A stretch of 64,000 nucleotides of DNA from Longimicrobiales bacterium (GTDB lineage Bacteria > Gemmatimonadota > Gemmatimonadetes > Longimicrobiales > Gaopeijiaceae). The DNA is taken from positions 704,001 to 768,000 of the forward strand of contig OZ242008.1 of NCBI GenBank assembly GCA_965204735.1. The letters run 5' to 3'. A program made the translations under genes and the position numbers. Below are positions 1 through 9,343 of the stretch, piece after piece; the first letter of the stretch is position 1; each line of letters opens with the position of its first letter. The notes beneath the pieces are model-generated. The model was not told the DNA's origin. It worked only from the letters and a program-made list of their open reading frames with translations, and searched no databases.

Positions 1-414
1 GTCCACGACGGAACGCTGCGCCTCGGCCCGACGTTCGTTTGGCAGGCGCAGTCGAAGATGCCGGCGCGAGGCGGAAGCTACACCTTGACCGGCTTCGACG
101 CGTCGGGTCGGCGGCTCTTCTCCCTGTCCTTCGAACCAGGAGCTCCCAACGACCTGGGCGGCCGCAGCTTCGTGTTCGCGGTGCCCTACCGGCCCGAGTG
201 GGATCAGAGGCTGGAGCAAATCGTGTTGCGGGGACCCGAGGGCTTCGTCGCCGTGGACCGGCCGGCGATCGACCAAGTGGCGGTCTTCGCCGACCGTGAC
301 AGCGGGCGGATTCGCAGCATCGCTTCCAGATCGACCGGGGGCGTGCCCGCGGCGATGGGCCGATCCGACCAGTTCCGGGTGAGCCGAGGACTCCAAGGAC
401 CGCGCCGGCGATAG
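1..414 (+). CDS. C-terminal part of a protein starting before the window (probably a large secreted/surface protein)
   Basis: Frame 1 is open from base 1 (VHDGTLRLGPTFVWQAQSKMPARGG...) to TAG at 412-414; the ATG at 58 is probably internal. Confidence 0.65.
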   Translation, partial: VHDGTLRLGPTFVWQAQSKMPARGGSYTLTGFDASGRRLFSLSFEPGAPNDLGGRSFVFAVPYRPEWDQRLEQIVLRGPEGFVAVDRPAIDQVAVFADRDSGRIRSIASRSTGGVPAAMGRSDQFRVSRGLQGPRRR

Positions 415-578
415 CATCCGCGTCGAAGCAAGACCCGGCCCGGAGCGGGAGCGGCCCCGTCGCCCCCGCTTCCGGGCCGGGCACCGCGGGACCGGCCGCG
501 ACCTTCCTGCCCAAGCTGCACGTTCTCGTCGGCGACGAAGTCGTCGGACGCCCGGAAGGCTGGGCACGGCTGCTCTCC

Positions 579-1238
579 GTGCTGGACGCGGGCGGAGCTT
601 CGCTGGCGCTTCACCTTCGGGCCCGCCGGACGTCGGCCCGGCGCCTCCACGACTTCGCGGTGCGGCTCGCGCCGGCGGCTGCCGCCCGCGGCGCTCTGCT
701 GCTCGTGAACGACCGCCTGGACGTGGCGCTGGCGGCAGGCGCGGACGGCGTCCACCTGCGGGAGGATTCGATTCCGCCCGTCGAGGCGCGGCGTCTCTTG
801 GAGGCCGGGCGCCTTGGGAAGCCCCCTCTCGCGGGGCGGGCCCGGCGCCGGTCGGCCGGAACCGGCGCCGTCGGCCCTCGTCTCGTCGGGCGGTCGATCC
901 ACTCGCCGACCCAGGCCGCCGGCTTCCCCGAGGGCGCCGTCGACTACTTCGTGCTGGGCGCGGTCTACGCCACCCCGTCGCATCCGGGTCGTGCGCCGCT
1001 GGGGCTGGGCGCCCTCGCCGCCGCCGCGGCGCAGGCCGCGGTTCCAGTAGTGGCCATCGGGGGAATCACGGCCGAGCGCACGGCCCCCGTGGTCGCTGCC
1101 GGAGCGTACGGTGTCGCGGTTGCCGGCGAAGTGTGGGGGAACCGCGACCCTGCCGAGGCCGCGAGACGCTGCTTGGACGCCTTCCCGCCGGCTCCCGTCT
1201 CGCGCGTCGAGCCCGGACCGTGCCGCCTCGGGCCTTGA
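579..1238 (+). CDS. thiE: Thiamine-phosphate synthase (true start may be ~70 nt upstream)
   Basis: LLVNDRLDVALAAGADGVHL, GRSIHS, VVAIGGIT motifs; directly upstream of thiS/thiG. Confidence 0.88.
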   Translation: MLDAGGASLALHLRARRTSARRLHDFAVRLAPAAAARGALLLVNDRLDVALAAGADGVHLREDSIPPVEARRLLEAGRLGKPPLAGRARRRSAGTGAVGPRLVGRSIHSPTQAAGFPEGAVDYFVLGAVYATPSHPGRAPLGLGALAAAAAQAAVPVVAIGGITAERTAPVVAAGAYGVAVAGEVWGNRDPAEAARRCLDAFPPAPVSRVEPGPCRLGP

Positions 1239-1269
1239 ACGACTCGCTTCCGTGGGCAAATTCGAGGTC

Positions 1270-1554
1270 ATGTCCTCCACCGACGCCCCAGCGGCAGGCG
1301 GCGGCCGGACCCCGGTCCCCGGCGATCGGGCTCCGAAGCCCCGCGACCGAGCGGTCTCGATCGTCCTGAACGGCAAGCCCCGGTCCGTGTCCGCAGGGCT
1401 TACCGTCGCTGCTCTCCTTAGCGACCTGGCGCTGCGCGCGGGGATGGTCGTCGTGGAGCGCAACTGGAAGATCCTGTCCCGCCACGGGCTGGAGGCGGTC
1501 CCGGTGGAAGAGGGCGACCGGATCGAGATCGTCCACTTCGTGGGAGGCGGGTGA
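1270..1554 (+). CDS. thiS: Sulfur carrier protein ThiS
   Basis: IVLNGK...VVVERN...GDRIEIVHFVGGG with C-terminal di-glycine; overlaps thiG start. Confidence 0.92.
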   Translation: MSSTDAPAAGGGRTPVPGDRAPKPRDRAVSIVLNGKPRSVSAGLTVAALLSDLALRAGMVVVERNWKILSRHGLEAVPVEEGDRIEIVHFVGGG

Positions 1555-2363
1555 GAATGGACGCGAAGGCAACGACGGCGACGACGGCGGATCCCCTCGC
1601 GATCGGCGGCCGGACCTTCGCGTCGCGGTTGATCCTCGGCACGGGCAAGTACCGGAGCGCTCGAGAGATGGTCGACGCGGTGCGGGCCAGCGGCGCCGAG
1701 ATGGTCACGGTCGCCGTGCGCCGGGTCGACCTGGACCGCGAGCGGGAGGAAGGCGTCCTCCACCACCTGGACCGCGACGAGTTCTTCCTCCTCCCGAACA
1801 CTGCCGGCTGCTTCACCGTCGCCGACGCCCTGCGCTACGCCCGGCTGGGCCGCGCGGCCGGCATGTCCGAATGGGTCAAGCTGGAGGTGATCGGCGACGA
1901 AGCCACTCTCCTTCCGGACGTGGCGGGAACGTTGGAGGCCGCCGTCGAGCTCGTGGCCGAAGGCTTCAAGGTGATGGCCTACACCAACGACGACCTGGTG
2001 ACCGCCTTGCGGCTGGAAGACGCGGGGTGCGTTGCGGTGATGCCCCTGGCCAGTCCGATCGGGAGCGGCCTGGGCGTGGTGAACCCCTTCTACGTCCGCG
2101 AGATCAAGCGCCGGCTGTCGGTGCCGGTGATCGTGGACGCCGGAGTGGGGACGGCCTCCGACGCCTGCGTGACGATGGAGCAGGGCGTGGACGGCGTGCT
2201 GATGAACACGGCCGTAGCCGCCGCCGACGACCCGGTGAAGATGGCCGCCGCCATGAGGCTGGCAGTCCAGGCCGGGCGGGCCGCCTACTTGGCGGGGCGG
2301 ATGCCCTCTCGCGAGATCGCGGTGCCGTCGTCGCCGTCGTCGGGAATGCTTCACCGCGCTTGA
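1551..2363 (+). CDS. thiG: Thiazole synthase
   Basis: SRLILGTGKY, LPNTAGC, WVKLEVIGD, VMPLASPIGSGLG, VIVDAGVG motifs. Confidence 0.97.
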   Translation: MRMDAKATTATTADPLAIGGRTFASRLILGTGKYRSAREMVDAVRASGAEMVTVAVRRVDLDREREEGVLHHLDRDEFFLLPNTAGCFTVADALRYARLGRAAGMSEWVKLEVIGDEATLLPDVAGTLEAAVELVAEGFKVMAYTNDDLVTALRLEDAGCVAVMPLASPIGSGLGVVNPFYVREIKRRLSVPVIVDAGVGTASDACVTMEQGVDGVLMNTAVAAADDPVKMAAAMRLAVQAGRAAYLAGRMPSREIAVPSSPSSGMLHRA

Positions 2364-3880
2364 CCAGCGCCCGCCACCGCAGCCGCGGGCGCAGGGCAGG
2401 CGGACGCTCGCCGGGCTCGTCGCGTCGGTCGGGCTCGCCGGGCCGTGCGCTGGCGGCCTCGATCCTGCAGGAAGTGGAGTCGGGCCGGCGCCTGGATGTG
2501 GCTTGGGAAGCGTCCGGCGCCTCTGCTGCTCCCGACAGGGCGTGGATCCGGTCGCTGACCTACGGAACCGTCCGCCTGAGGGGCCGGATCGACCATCTGC
2601 TCGCGACGGTGGGCGGTCGGGAAGTTGCGGCGCTGGACCCTCCCGTGCGCACGGCGCTCCGCATGGGCGCCTACCAGCTGCTGGAGATGGGCAGCGTTCC
2701 GGGCTACGCGGCCGTGTCCCAGTCGGTGGAGCAGGTGAAGGCGTCGCGAAGCCGTGCCGCGACCGGCTTGGTCAACGCCGTGCTGAGGAAGCTCGCCGAC
2801 GCGGTTGCGGGGCTGTCCGCGGAAGCGTCCCCCGGCGTCTGCTCCGCCGCGTGCCGCGCCAAGCTCGGCGTGCCCAGCCCCGTCGACGATCTGGAGAGCT
2901 ACCTGACGACCTGGGGGTCTCACCCCCGCTGGCTGGTGCGCCGCTGGACGAGCCGCTTCGGGGAAGCGGGCGCCCGGCGACTGGTGGAGGCCAACAACCG
3001 GGAGCCGGCCGTCTATCTGCGGCCCGTGGGCATGGACGCCGCCGCCGCGGCTGAAGCGCTCGCCGACGCCGGGCTCCTGCATCGGAGGAACGGCGCAAGG
3101 AACGGAGGCGGCTCCGACGAGCTTCCGTGCGGTCCCGCCCCGTTGCTGGGCCGCTGCCTCCGCCTGCGGCGCGGCACGGACCCGGAGGCCGCGCTCCAGG
3201 TCGCCCCCGGCGTGATTCAGGACCCTGCCGCGTCGCTGGTGGTCGACTACGCGGCGCCCGCGCCCGGGTCGCTGGTGGCGGATCTCTGCGCGGCGCCCGG
3301 GGGCAAGGCCCTGGCCCTGAGCGCGTCCGCGTCCGGCGTGGTTGCGGCGGACTTGCGGCCGCACCGACTCCGACGCGTCGACGAGGGCGCCCGCCGGCTG
3401 GACGCCAGAGTCTGGCCCGTCGCAGCCGATGCCCGCTTCCCGCCGCTGCACGGCGCGGCCACCGTCCTGGCGGACGTCCCCTGCACGGGCACAGGCGTCC
3501 TTCGACGGCGCCCCGACGGCCGCTGGAGGATCGGGGAACCGGACGTAGCCCGCTTGGCCTCCGTCCAGCGGCGAATCCTCGACGGCGCCGCATCCGTGGT
3601 TTCCCCAGGGGGAGTGCTGGTTTACGCTACATGCAGCCTCGAACCAGAGGAGAACTGGGATCAGGTGAAGGCGTTTCTCGCGCGCCGCCCCGACTTTCGC
3701 ATCGATCCCGGGCCCGGGCCGCCGCGGTTTCTGGACCAGCGGGGCTGCCTGGTGGTCCTGCCCCAGGAGACCGCCTGGGAACAACTCGACGACCAGGACG
3801 AAGCCGCAGCGGGCAGGCGTCGCAGGGGCGAAGGCTTCGACGGCGCCTTCGCCGCGCGCATGAGAAGGAGTGGAAGCTAG
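2360..3880 (+). CDS. rsmB: 16S rRNA m5C967 methyltransferase RsmB/Sun
   Basis: NusB-like N-terminus (LRMGAYQLL, GLVNAVLRK), DLCAAPGGK, DVPCTGTG, YATCSLEPEEN; TTG start at 2360 overlaps thiG stop. Confidence 0.9.
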   Translation: MTSARHRSRGRRAGGRSPGSSRRSGSPGRALAASILQEVESGRRLDVAWEASGASAAPDRAWIRSLTYGTVRLRGRIDHLLATVGGREVAALDPPVRTALRMGAYQLLEMGSVPGYAAVSQSVEQVKASRSRAATGLVNAVLRKLADAVAGLSAEASPGVCSAACRAKLGVPSPVDDLESYLTTWGSHPRWLVRRWTSRFGEAGARRLVEANNREPAVYLRPVGMDAAAAAEALADAGLLHRRNGARNGGGSDELPCGPAPLLGRCLRLRRGTDPEAALQVAPGVIQDPAASLVVDYAAPAPGSLVADLCAAPGGKALALSASASGVVAADLRPHRLRRVDEGARRLDARVWPVAADARFPPLHGAATVLADVPCTGTGVLRRRPDGRWRIGEPDVARLASVQRRILDGAASVVSPGGVLVYATCSLEPEENWDQVKAFLARRPDFRIDPGPGPPRFLDQRGCLVVLPQETAWEQLDDQDEAAAGRRRRGEGFDGAFAARMRRSGS

Positions 3881-4806
3881 TGGACCTTGGAGCTTCGATC
3901 CGTCGCCGGAGACGGGCGCAGGGGTCCACGTCCGGGTCGCCCCGCAGCAAGCGTCGGTCAGGGAGGCCCGGGCGTCGGGCGCGGAAAGAAGGGGGCGCCG
4001 GTCCCTTGGGCCGGCTCCGGAGGATCGGCCTCGCGCTGGCGGTCGCCGGCGGGGGTTTCGGAATCGGCTACGTGGCCGCAACCCGGGTGGTCTTCCCCCT
4101 GCCCGAGCTCCCGACGGACCTGCAGGAGGTCCCGGACCTGCGGGGAGCCCCGCTCCGGGTGGCGCTGGCGGCGCTGACGGAAGCCGGCTTGCAGGTGGAG
4201 AGGATCGATTCTCTTCGCCACCCCACGCTCCCGGCGGGCGTGGTCGTGGGCCAGAGCCCCTTGCCGGGCCCGACGGCCCTCCCCGGCGCCGCGCTGAGGG
4301 TCGCCGTGTCGGTGGGCCCCGAGACGCGCCTGGTTCCCGACGTCAGGAGGTGGCAGGAGGAGCGCGCGGCGGCGCTGATGCGGGAATCGGGCTTCAACGT
4401 CCGGATCGACACCGTCGAATCGGGCCTCCCGGCGGGCCAGATCGTCCGGACGCAGCCCCTGCCCGACGTCCAGGTCCCAGTGCCGTCGGACGTGCTTCTC
4501 CTGGTCAGCCTGGGCCCGCCCACATTCCCCCTGCCGGACCTGGACGGCCGCACCGAGGTGGAGGCGCTGCGGCGGCTCCGCCTGCTGGGACTTCGCGTGG
4601 TCGGCGTCGACAGGCGTCCGAGCCTCCTGAACGTGGGCGCCGTGTTCGGACAGTGGCCGGACCCGGGCGATCCCGTCCAGAAGGGCGACTCGGTGCGCCT
4701 GGTGGTGGGCCAGCGGATCCCGGGGCTCGTCGGAAGGAGCCTTCGGAGTCCGCCGCCCCCCGATTCCGGCGGTCTCGGACGGAGCGGGAACCCCGGTGGC
4801 CGGTAA
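3880..4806 (+). CDS. PASTA-domain membrane protein (3 PASTA repeats)
   Basis: One TM helix then repeats VPDLRG.../VPDVRR.../LPDLDG... with QSPLPG, TQPLP, QWPDPG. Confidence 0.85.
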   Translation: MDLGASIRRRRRAQGSTSGSPRSKRRSGRPGRRARKEGGAGPLGRLRRIGLALAVAGGGFGIGYVAATRVVFPLPELPTDLQEVPDLRGAPLRVALAALTEAGLQVERIDSLRHPTLPAGVVVGQSPLPGPTALPGAALRVAVSVGPETRLVPDVRRWQEERAAALMRESGFNVRIDTVESGLPAGQIVRTQPLPDVQVPVPSDVLLLVSLGPPTFPLPDLDGRTEVEALRRLRLLGLRVVGVDRRPSLLNVGAVFGQWPDPGDPVQKGDSVRLVVGQRIPGLVGRSLRSPPPPDSGGLGRSGNPGGR

Positions 4807-5413
4807 GCCCAGGAGGCGAACGCGCAGCGGGCGGTACCTTGCGGCCCTTCTTGCGGTGGCGGGCGCGGGCGCGGCGGCGTGGTTCTCCAAGGGGCGGGTC
4901 CAGCCCGTCGCGGCCGGCTACCCCGCCCCCGACTTCGAAGCGAGGGACGAGCGGGGAAGCGTCGTCACCCTGGCCGACTACGAAGGAAAGGTCCTCCTGC
5001 TCAACGTCTGGGCGACTTGGTGCGGTCCCTGCAAGGAGGAGATGCCCTCCATGCAGCGGCTCTACGACCAGTTCTCTCGCGACGACTTCGAGATCGCTGC
5101 CGTCAGCGTCGACGCGCAGGCGGGCGCTCTCGACCTCCTGGGCAACCCGGGCGGCGACCCGGTGGCCTTCGCCCAGGACCTGGGCTTGACCTTTCCGGTG
5201 CTCCTTGACCCGGCGGGAGCGATTCAGCGGAGCTACCGGACGACTGGCGTTCCCGAGTCCTTCCTGATCGGTCCCCGGGGGATGATCTGGAAGAAGGTGG
5301 CGGGGGCCACGGCGTGGGACTCGGAGGCGGCGGTCACCCAGGTGCGGCGGCTGGTGGAGGAACGCGCCAGGGGCGGAGACGGAAGGTCCCGAGAGCGCCC
5401 CGGAGACGGATAG
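4796..5413 (+). CDS. TlpA/ResA family thiol-disulfide oxidoreductase
   Basis: APDF..., LLNVWATWCGPCKEEMP (CxxC), GVPESFLI. Confidence 0.93.
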   Translation: MAGKPRRRTRSGRYLAALLAVAGAGAAAWFSKGRVQPVAAGYPAPDFEARDERGSVVTLADYEGKVLLLNVWATWCGPCKEEMPSMQRLYDQFSRDDFEIAAVSVDAQAGALDLLGNPGGDPVAFAQDLGLTFPVLLDPAGAIQRSYRTTGVPESFLIGPRGMIWKKVAGATAWDSEAAVTQVRRLVEERARGGDGRSRERPGDG

Positions 5414-5417
5414 GCCC

Positions 5418-6386
5418 GTGTCGCTTCCGAGCTTCCTGGTGCGCAACTGGCGGATCAAGGCCACCTCGCTTGCGCTTGCGACGTTGCTCTGGGTCACCAT
5501 GCAATTGCGCGACCAGGCCGACACCGGTCGTCGAGACTTGGGCGGCGTCGAAGTGCGCGTGGAGAACGTGGACCCGGAGTGGATGGCCCTGGGCGGCCCG
5601 TCGCCGGCCACGGTCGTCGTCGGGGTTCACGGAACCTTCGGCGACCTCTTCCGGGCGGCGCTCGCGCGACCCGTCGTAGTGATCCCGGTGGACTCGGTGC
5701 CGGGGGAGGACTCGGTCTTCGAGCTGGAGCCGGACTGGGTCGAGAACCTGGACCAGGATCGAGTCGCGATCGACGGATTCAGCCCCAGCACCGTGCGACT
5801 GCGCTTCGAGCGCAAGACGTCCGAGCCCGTTCCCGTGTCGTACCGAACGATCGGCGCCGTGCCCGACTCCCTGGCCATGACCGGCGAGATGAGGGTCAAC
5901 CCCCTCTTCGTCCAGGCGAAGGGACCCGCGTCGCTGGTGGACCGATTGGAGACGGTCTTCCTGGAGCCCTTCGACCTTGCCGCCCTGACGGGGTCGGGGC
6001 GCTTCGACGTGGCGGTGGACACCGCGGGCCTGGAGGGCGTGTCCGTCAGCCCGTCCAGCGCCGTCCTGACCGTGGAGGCGGGGACGAGGGGGCGCCGGGA
6101 GCTGGCGCCGCTGCCGGTGGAGCTGCCGGCGGACGCCGGAGAGCTGGAGTCGACGCCGCACTCGGTGGTCGTGACCCTCCACGGGGCGAGCGCGCTGCTG
6201 GCCGAAGCCGACACGACCGCCCTGCGCGTGCGCGCGACGCTGGACCTGGAGGCGGCTCGGGCTCGCCTGGAGGCGGGCGAAGAGGTGCGGGCGCCGATCG
6301 TGGTGGAGGGCGTCCCGCCGGATTCGTGGATCGAGTGGACGGCGCCGGTCGATTCGGTGACGGTGCGCCGGTCGGGGAGCGCATGA
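5418..6386 (+). CDS. YbbR/CdaR-like protein
   Basis: N-terminal NWRIKATSLALATLLW anchor followed by YbbR-type beta repeats (PSTVRLRFE, PVPV..., VxxxGP). Confidence 0.75.
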   Translation: MSLPSFLVRNWRIKATSLALATLLWVTMQLRDQADTGRRDLGGVEVRVENVDPEWMALGGPSPATVVVGVHGTFGDLFRAALARPVVVIPVDSVPGEDSVFELEPDWVENLDQDRVAIDGFSPSTVRLRFERKTSEPVPVSYRTIGAVPDSLAMTGEMRVNPLFVQAKGPASLVDRLETVFLEPFDLAALTGSGRFDVAVDTAGLEGVSVSPSSAVLTVEAGTRGRRELAPLPVELPADAGELESTPHSVVVTLHGASALLAEADTTALRVRATLDLEAARARLEAGEEVRAPIVVEGVPPDSWIEWTAPVDSVTVRRSGSA

Positions 6387-6393
6387 CGGGCGC

Positions 6394-7422
6394 ATGACCG
6401 GACCCGTGCTCGGGATCGAGACGACGTGCGACGAGACGTCGGCGGCGGTGCTGGACGCCGACGGTCGCATCGCCGGCTTGGTGATCCACTCCCAGGACGT
6501 GCACGAGGTCTACGGGGGCGTAGTGCCCGAGCTTGCCGCTCGGGACCACCTGAGGCGGATCGAGCCGGTGGCCGAAGCCGCCCTGCGCCAAGCGAACGCC
6601 GACCGGCGCGACCTGCGGGCGATCGCGGTGGCGGCGGGACCCGGCCTGATCGGCGCCCTGCTGGTCGGCGTGACGTGGTCTCGCGCGACGGCTTTCGCCC
6701 TGGGAACGCCCCTGGTCCCGGTTCACCACATGGAGGGGCACCTCTTCGGCCCCGTGCTGGAGGACCCGGACGCCGTGCCGCCCTTCGTCGCCCTCCTCGT
6801 CTCCGGCGGCCACACGCTGCTGACCTGGGCGCCGGAGTGGGGTCGCTACTTCCTGATGGGCCAGACCCGCGACGACGCCGCCGGAGAGGCTTTCGACAAG
6901 GTGGCCAAGCTGCTGGGACTCTCCTATCCGGGCGGGCCGGCGATCGAGGCCGCGGCGGCCCTGGGCGACCCCCTGCGCTACGCCTTCCCCAGGCCGCTGG
7001 CGTCTTCTTCGGGGAAGCCGGGCGATCCCGGGCGCTTCGACTTCTCCTTCTCGGGACTGAAGACGGCAGTGGTACGGGCCGTGGACGGCGCCCGCTTGGC
7101 CGGCGAGCGTGCTCACTTGGCCGCTTCCTTCCAGGAGGCCGCGGTGGACGTCCTGGCCCGCAAGACCCTCGACGCCGCAGAGGCCGTCGGCTGTCGGCGC
7201 GTCCTCGTCGGGGGCGGCGTCTCGGCCAACCTCGCCCTCAAGGCCCGCATCGTGGACGGCCTCGGTCCCGGCGGCAGGCTCTTCGCCGCCTCGCCCCGCC
7301 TGTCGATGGACAACGCGGCCATGATCGGCCGCGCGGGCCAGTTTCGGCTGGAGCTGGGCCGTTTCGGAGGAATGGACGAAGCGGCGGCCAGCGCGCCCCT
7401 GCCGGGCATGGTTCCCTGGTAG
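6394..7422 (+). CDS. tsaD: tRNA threonylcarbamoyltransferase TsaD
   Basis: VLGIETTCDETS, YGGVVPELAARDH, HHMEGH, LLVSGGHT, DDAAGEAFDK, DFSFSGLKT, DNAAMI. Confidence 0.97.
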   Translation: MTGPVLGIETTCDETSAAVLDADGRIAGLVIHSQDVHEVYGGVVPELAARDHLRRIEPVAEAALRQANADRRDLRAIAVAAGPGLIGALLVGVTWSRATAFALGTPLVPVHHMEGHLFGPVLEDPDAVPPFVALLVSGGHTLLTWAPEWGRYFLMGQTRDDAAGEAFDKVAKLLGLSYPGGPAIEAAAALGDPLRYAFPRPLASSSGKPGDPGRFDFSFSGLKTAVVRAVDGARLAGERAHLAASFQEAAVDVLARKTLDAAEAVGCRRVLVGGGVSANLALKARIVDGLGPGGRLFAASPRLSMDNAAMIGRAGQFRLELGRFGGMDEAAASAPLPGMVPW

Positions 7423-7526
7423 CCCGCATCAGTGCAGAATTGATCTTGCCGACCTAGCCCCGGGCGTCCCAGGGAACGCTTCCAGGTCGCCGGATTCGCC
7501 TTTTCCGCCCCGCCAAGCAGAAATCC

Positions 7527-8435
7527 ATGCTTCCGATCCTCTTCCGGCTTCCCGAGTGGCTCCCCGCCGTCGGCGGCGCCCCCGTCACCTCGTTCGGCGT
7601 CATGATGCTGCTCTCGTTCCTCACGGCGGGATGGGTCCTGCGGGCCGAGCTGGAGCGCATGGGAGAAGAGCGCGACCGGGCCTGGGACATCCTCTTCGCG
7701 GCCGTGATCGGCGGCGTCGTGGGCGCCAAGCTCTACTACGTCCTGCTCAACTACCCGCGCCTGGCGGCCGACCCGCTGGGAATGATCTTCTCGCGAGGCG
7801 GCATGGTGTGGTACGGCGGCTTCCTGCTGGCCACGGCCCTGGTGGTGCGGAAGACGAGAAGCCTCGGCCTGCCCCTTGGCAAGGTCGCCGACGGCACCGG
7901 CCTGGCGTTGCCCATCGCCTACGCCGTAGGACGAATCGGATGCTTCCTGGTGGGCGACGACTACGGCCGTCCGACGGACTCCTGGGTCGGGATCGCCTTC
8001 CCCAACGGCAGCCCTCCCACCCGCGCCGACGTGCTGGAGACCCACTTCGGGGTCGCGGTGGATCCGGCGCTGATCGAGAAGTACGGCCAAGTCCTGCCCG
8101 TCCACCCCACCCAGCTCTACGAGGTGGGCATCTCCGTCCTGATCTTCCTGATCCTGCTGCGGCTCCAGAACCACCCCCACCGGCCCGGCTGGCTCTTCAT
8201 GGCCTGGATGGCGATGGCCGGCGCCGAGCGCTTCCTGGTCGAGTTCTTCCGCGCCAAGGACGACCGGTTCCTCGGAGCGCTCACGCTGGCCCAGCTGATC
8301 TCGCTGGCGCTGGTGGCCGTGGGGTTGGCGTGGGGGGCGTCGCTGCGACGGAGCGCGTCCGACCGCAAGCGCCGCTCCGGCCCCGGCAAGGGCGGGGCGC
8401 CGGGAAGGAAGGGCAGGGGCGCCGCCCGGCCGTGA
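7527..8435 (+). CDS. lgt: Prolipoprotein diacylglyceryl transferase
   Basis: GGMVWYGG, GRIGCFL.GDDYG, HPTQLYE, RFLVEFFR; multiple TM helices. Confidence 0.93.
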   Translation: MLPILFRLPEWLPAVGGAPVTSFGVMMLLSFLTAGWVLRAELERMGEERDRAWDILFAAVIGGVVGAKLYYVLLNYPRLAADPLGMIFSRGGMVWYGGFLLATALVVRKTRSLGLPLGKVADGTGLALPIAYAVGRIGCFLVGDDYGRPTDSWVGIAFPNGSPPTRADVLETHFGVAVDPALIEKYGQVLPVHPTQLYEVGISVLIFLILLRLQNHPHRPGWLFMAWMAMAGAERFLVEFFRAKDDRFLGALTLAQLISLALVAVGLAWGASLRRSASDRKRRSGPGKGGAPGRKGRGAARP

Positions 8436-9343
8436 CCCTCCTGCAGCTCTCGGACCTCCACTTCGGCAAGCCGCACCGGCCCCCGGCGGCAGCCGCCGTG
8501 CTGCGCTTGGCCGACCAGCTCCGCCCCGACGCCGTCGTCGTCTCGGGAGACTTGACCCAGCGCGCCAAGGCGGAGGAGTACCGGGGGGCGGCGGCGCTCC
8601 TTGCGCGGCTGCGCTCGGCGGCGCCCCTGGTCGTCGTCCCGGGCAACCACGACGCGCCGCTCTACCGCCTCTGGGAGCGGCTGACCTCGCCCTACGGGAA
8701 GTACCGCCGCCACGTCTCGCCGGAGCTGGACTCGGTGCTGGACGTGCCTTCCCCCGGCGACGGCCCTGCAAGCGCTGCCGGCGCGCGCTTCGTCGCCCTG
8801 AACTCGACTGCGCCCCGCACCGCGATTGTCAACGGCCGCCTCTCCGGCCGTCAGCTGCGCTTCGCCGCGGGCGCCTTCGCCTCGGCCCCCCGCGCCGCCT
8901 GCCGAGTTCTGGTGCTGCACCACAACTTGGTGCCGCCGGAGGACGCCGAACCCGGGCCGGGGCCGGTCCGGACGCCCGGACCACCGCCCCTCCACGGCGC
9001 TTCCCGCGTGCTCGACCGGCTCGCCGAGTGGAAAGTGGACTTGGTGTTCTCCGGCCACGTCCACAGGAGCTGGACGACCTGTCGCCGAGGAACGCCGCTG
9101 ATCCACGCGGGCACGGCTTCGTCGAGCCGCGGGCGCGGCCCCGAGCGGGGGCTGAACTCGGTCAACGTCGTGGATGTTCAGCCGTCCGAAACATATGTTG
9201 TCGCTTACCTTTACTCCAAAGACGGCCGGCGCTTCCTCCCTGGCAAGGGAAGCCGGCATCGGCGTCGGAGCAGGGCGGTCCGCGGTTCCGACGGGCCGGG
9301 GCAGGAGAGAGAGCCTTCCGATGGAGCGGGTCCGCACCCCTAG
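8432..9343 (+). CDS. Calcineurin-like metallophosphoesterase
   Basis: SDLH, SGDL, PGNHD, LHH, SGHVH motifs; GTG start overlaps lgt stop. Confidence 0.9.
   Translation: MTLLQLSDLHFGKPHRPPAAAAVLRLADQLRPDAVVVSGDLTQRAKAEEYRGAAALLARLRSAAPLVVVPGNHDAPLYRLWERLTSPYGKYRRHVSPELDSVLDVPSPGDGPASAAGARFVALNSTAPRTAIVNGRLSGRQLRFAAGAFASAPRAACRVLVLHHNLVPPEDAEPGPGPVRTPGPPPLHGASRVLDRLAEWKVDLVFSGHVHRSWTTCRRGTPLIHAGTASSSRGRGPERGLNSVNVVDVQPSETYVVAYLYSKDGRRFLPGKGSRHRRRSRAVRGSDGPGQEREPSDGAGPHP

Noticed and set aside
415..578. TPP riboswitch upstream of thiE
   Set aside because: No recognisable TPP aptamer core (e.g. CTGAGA) seen
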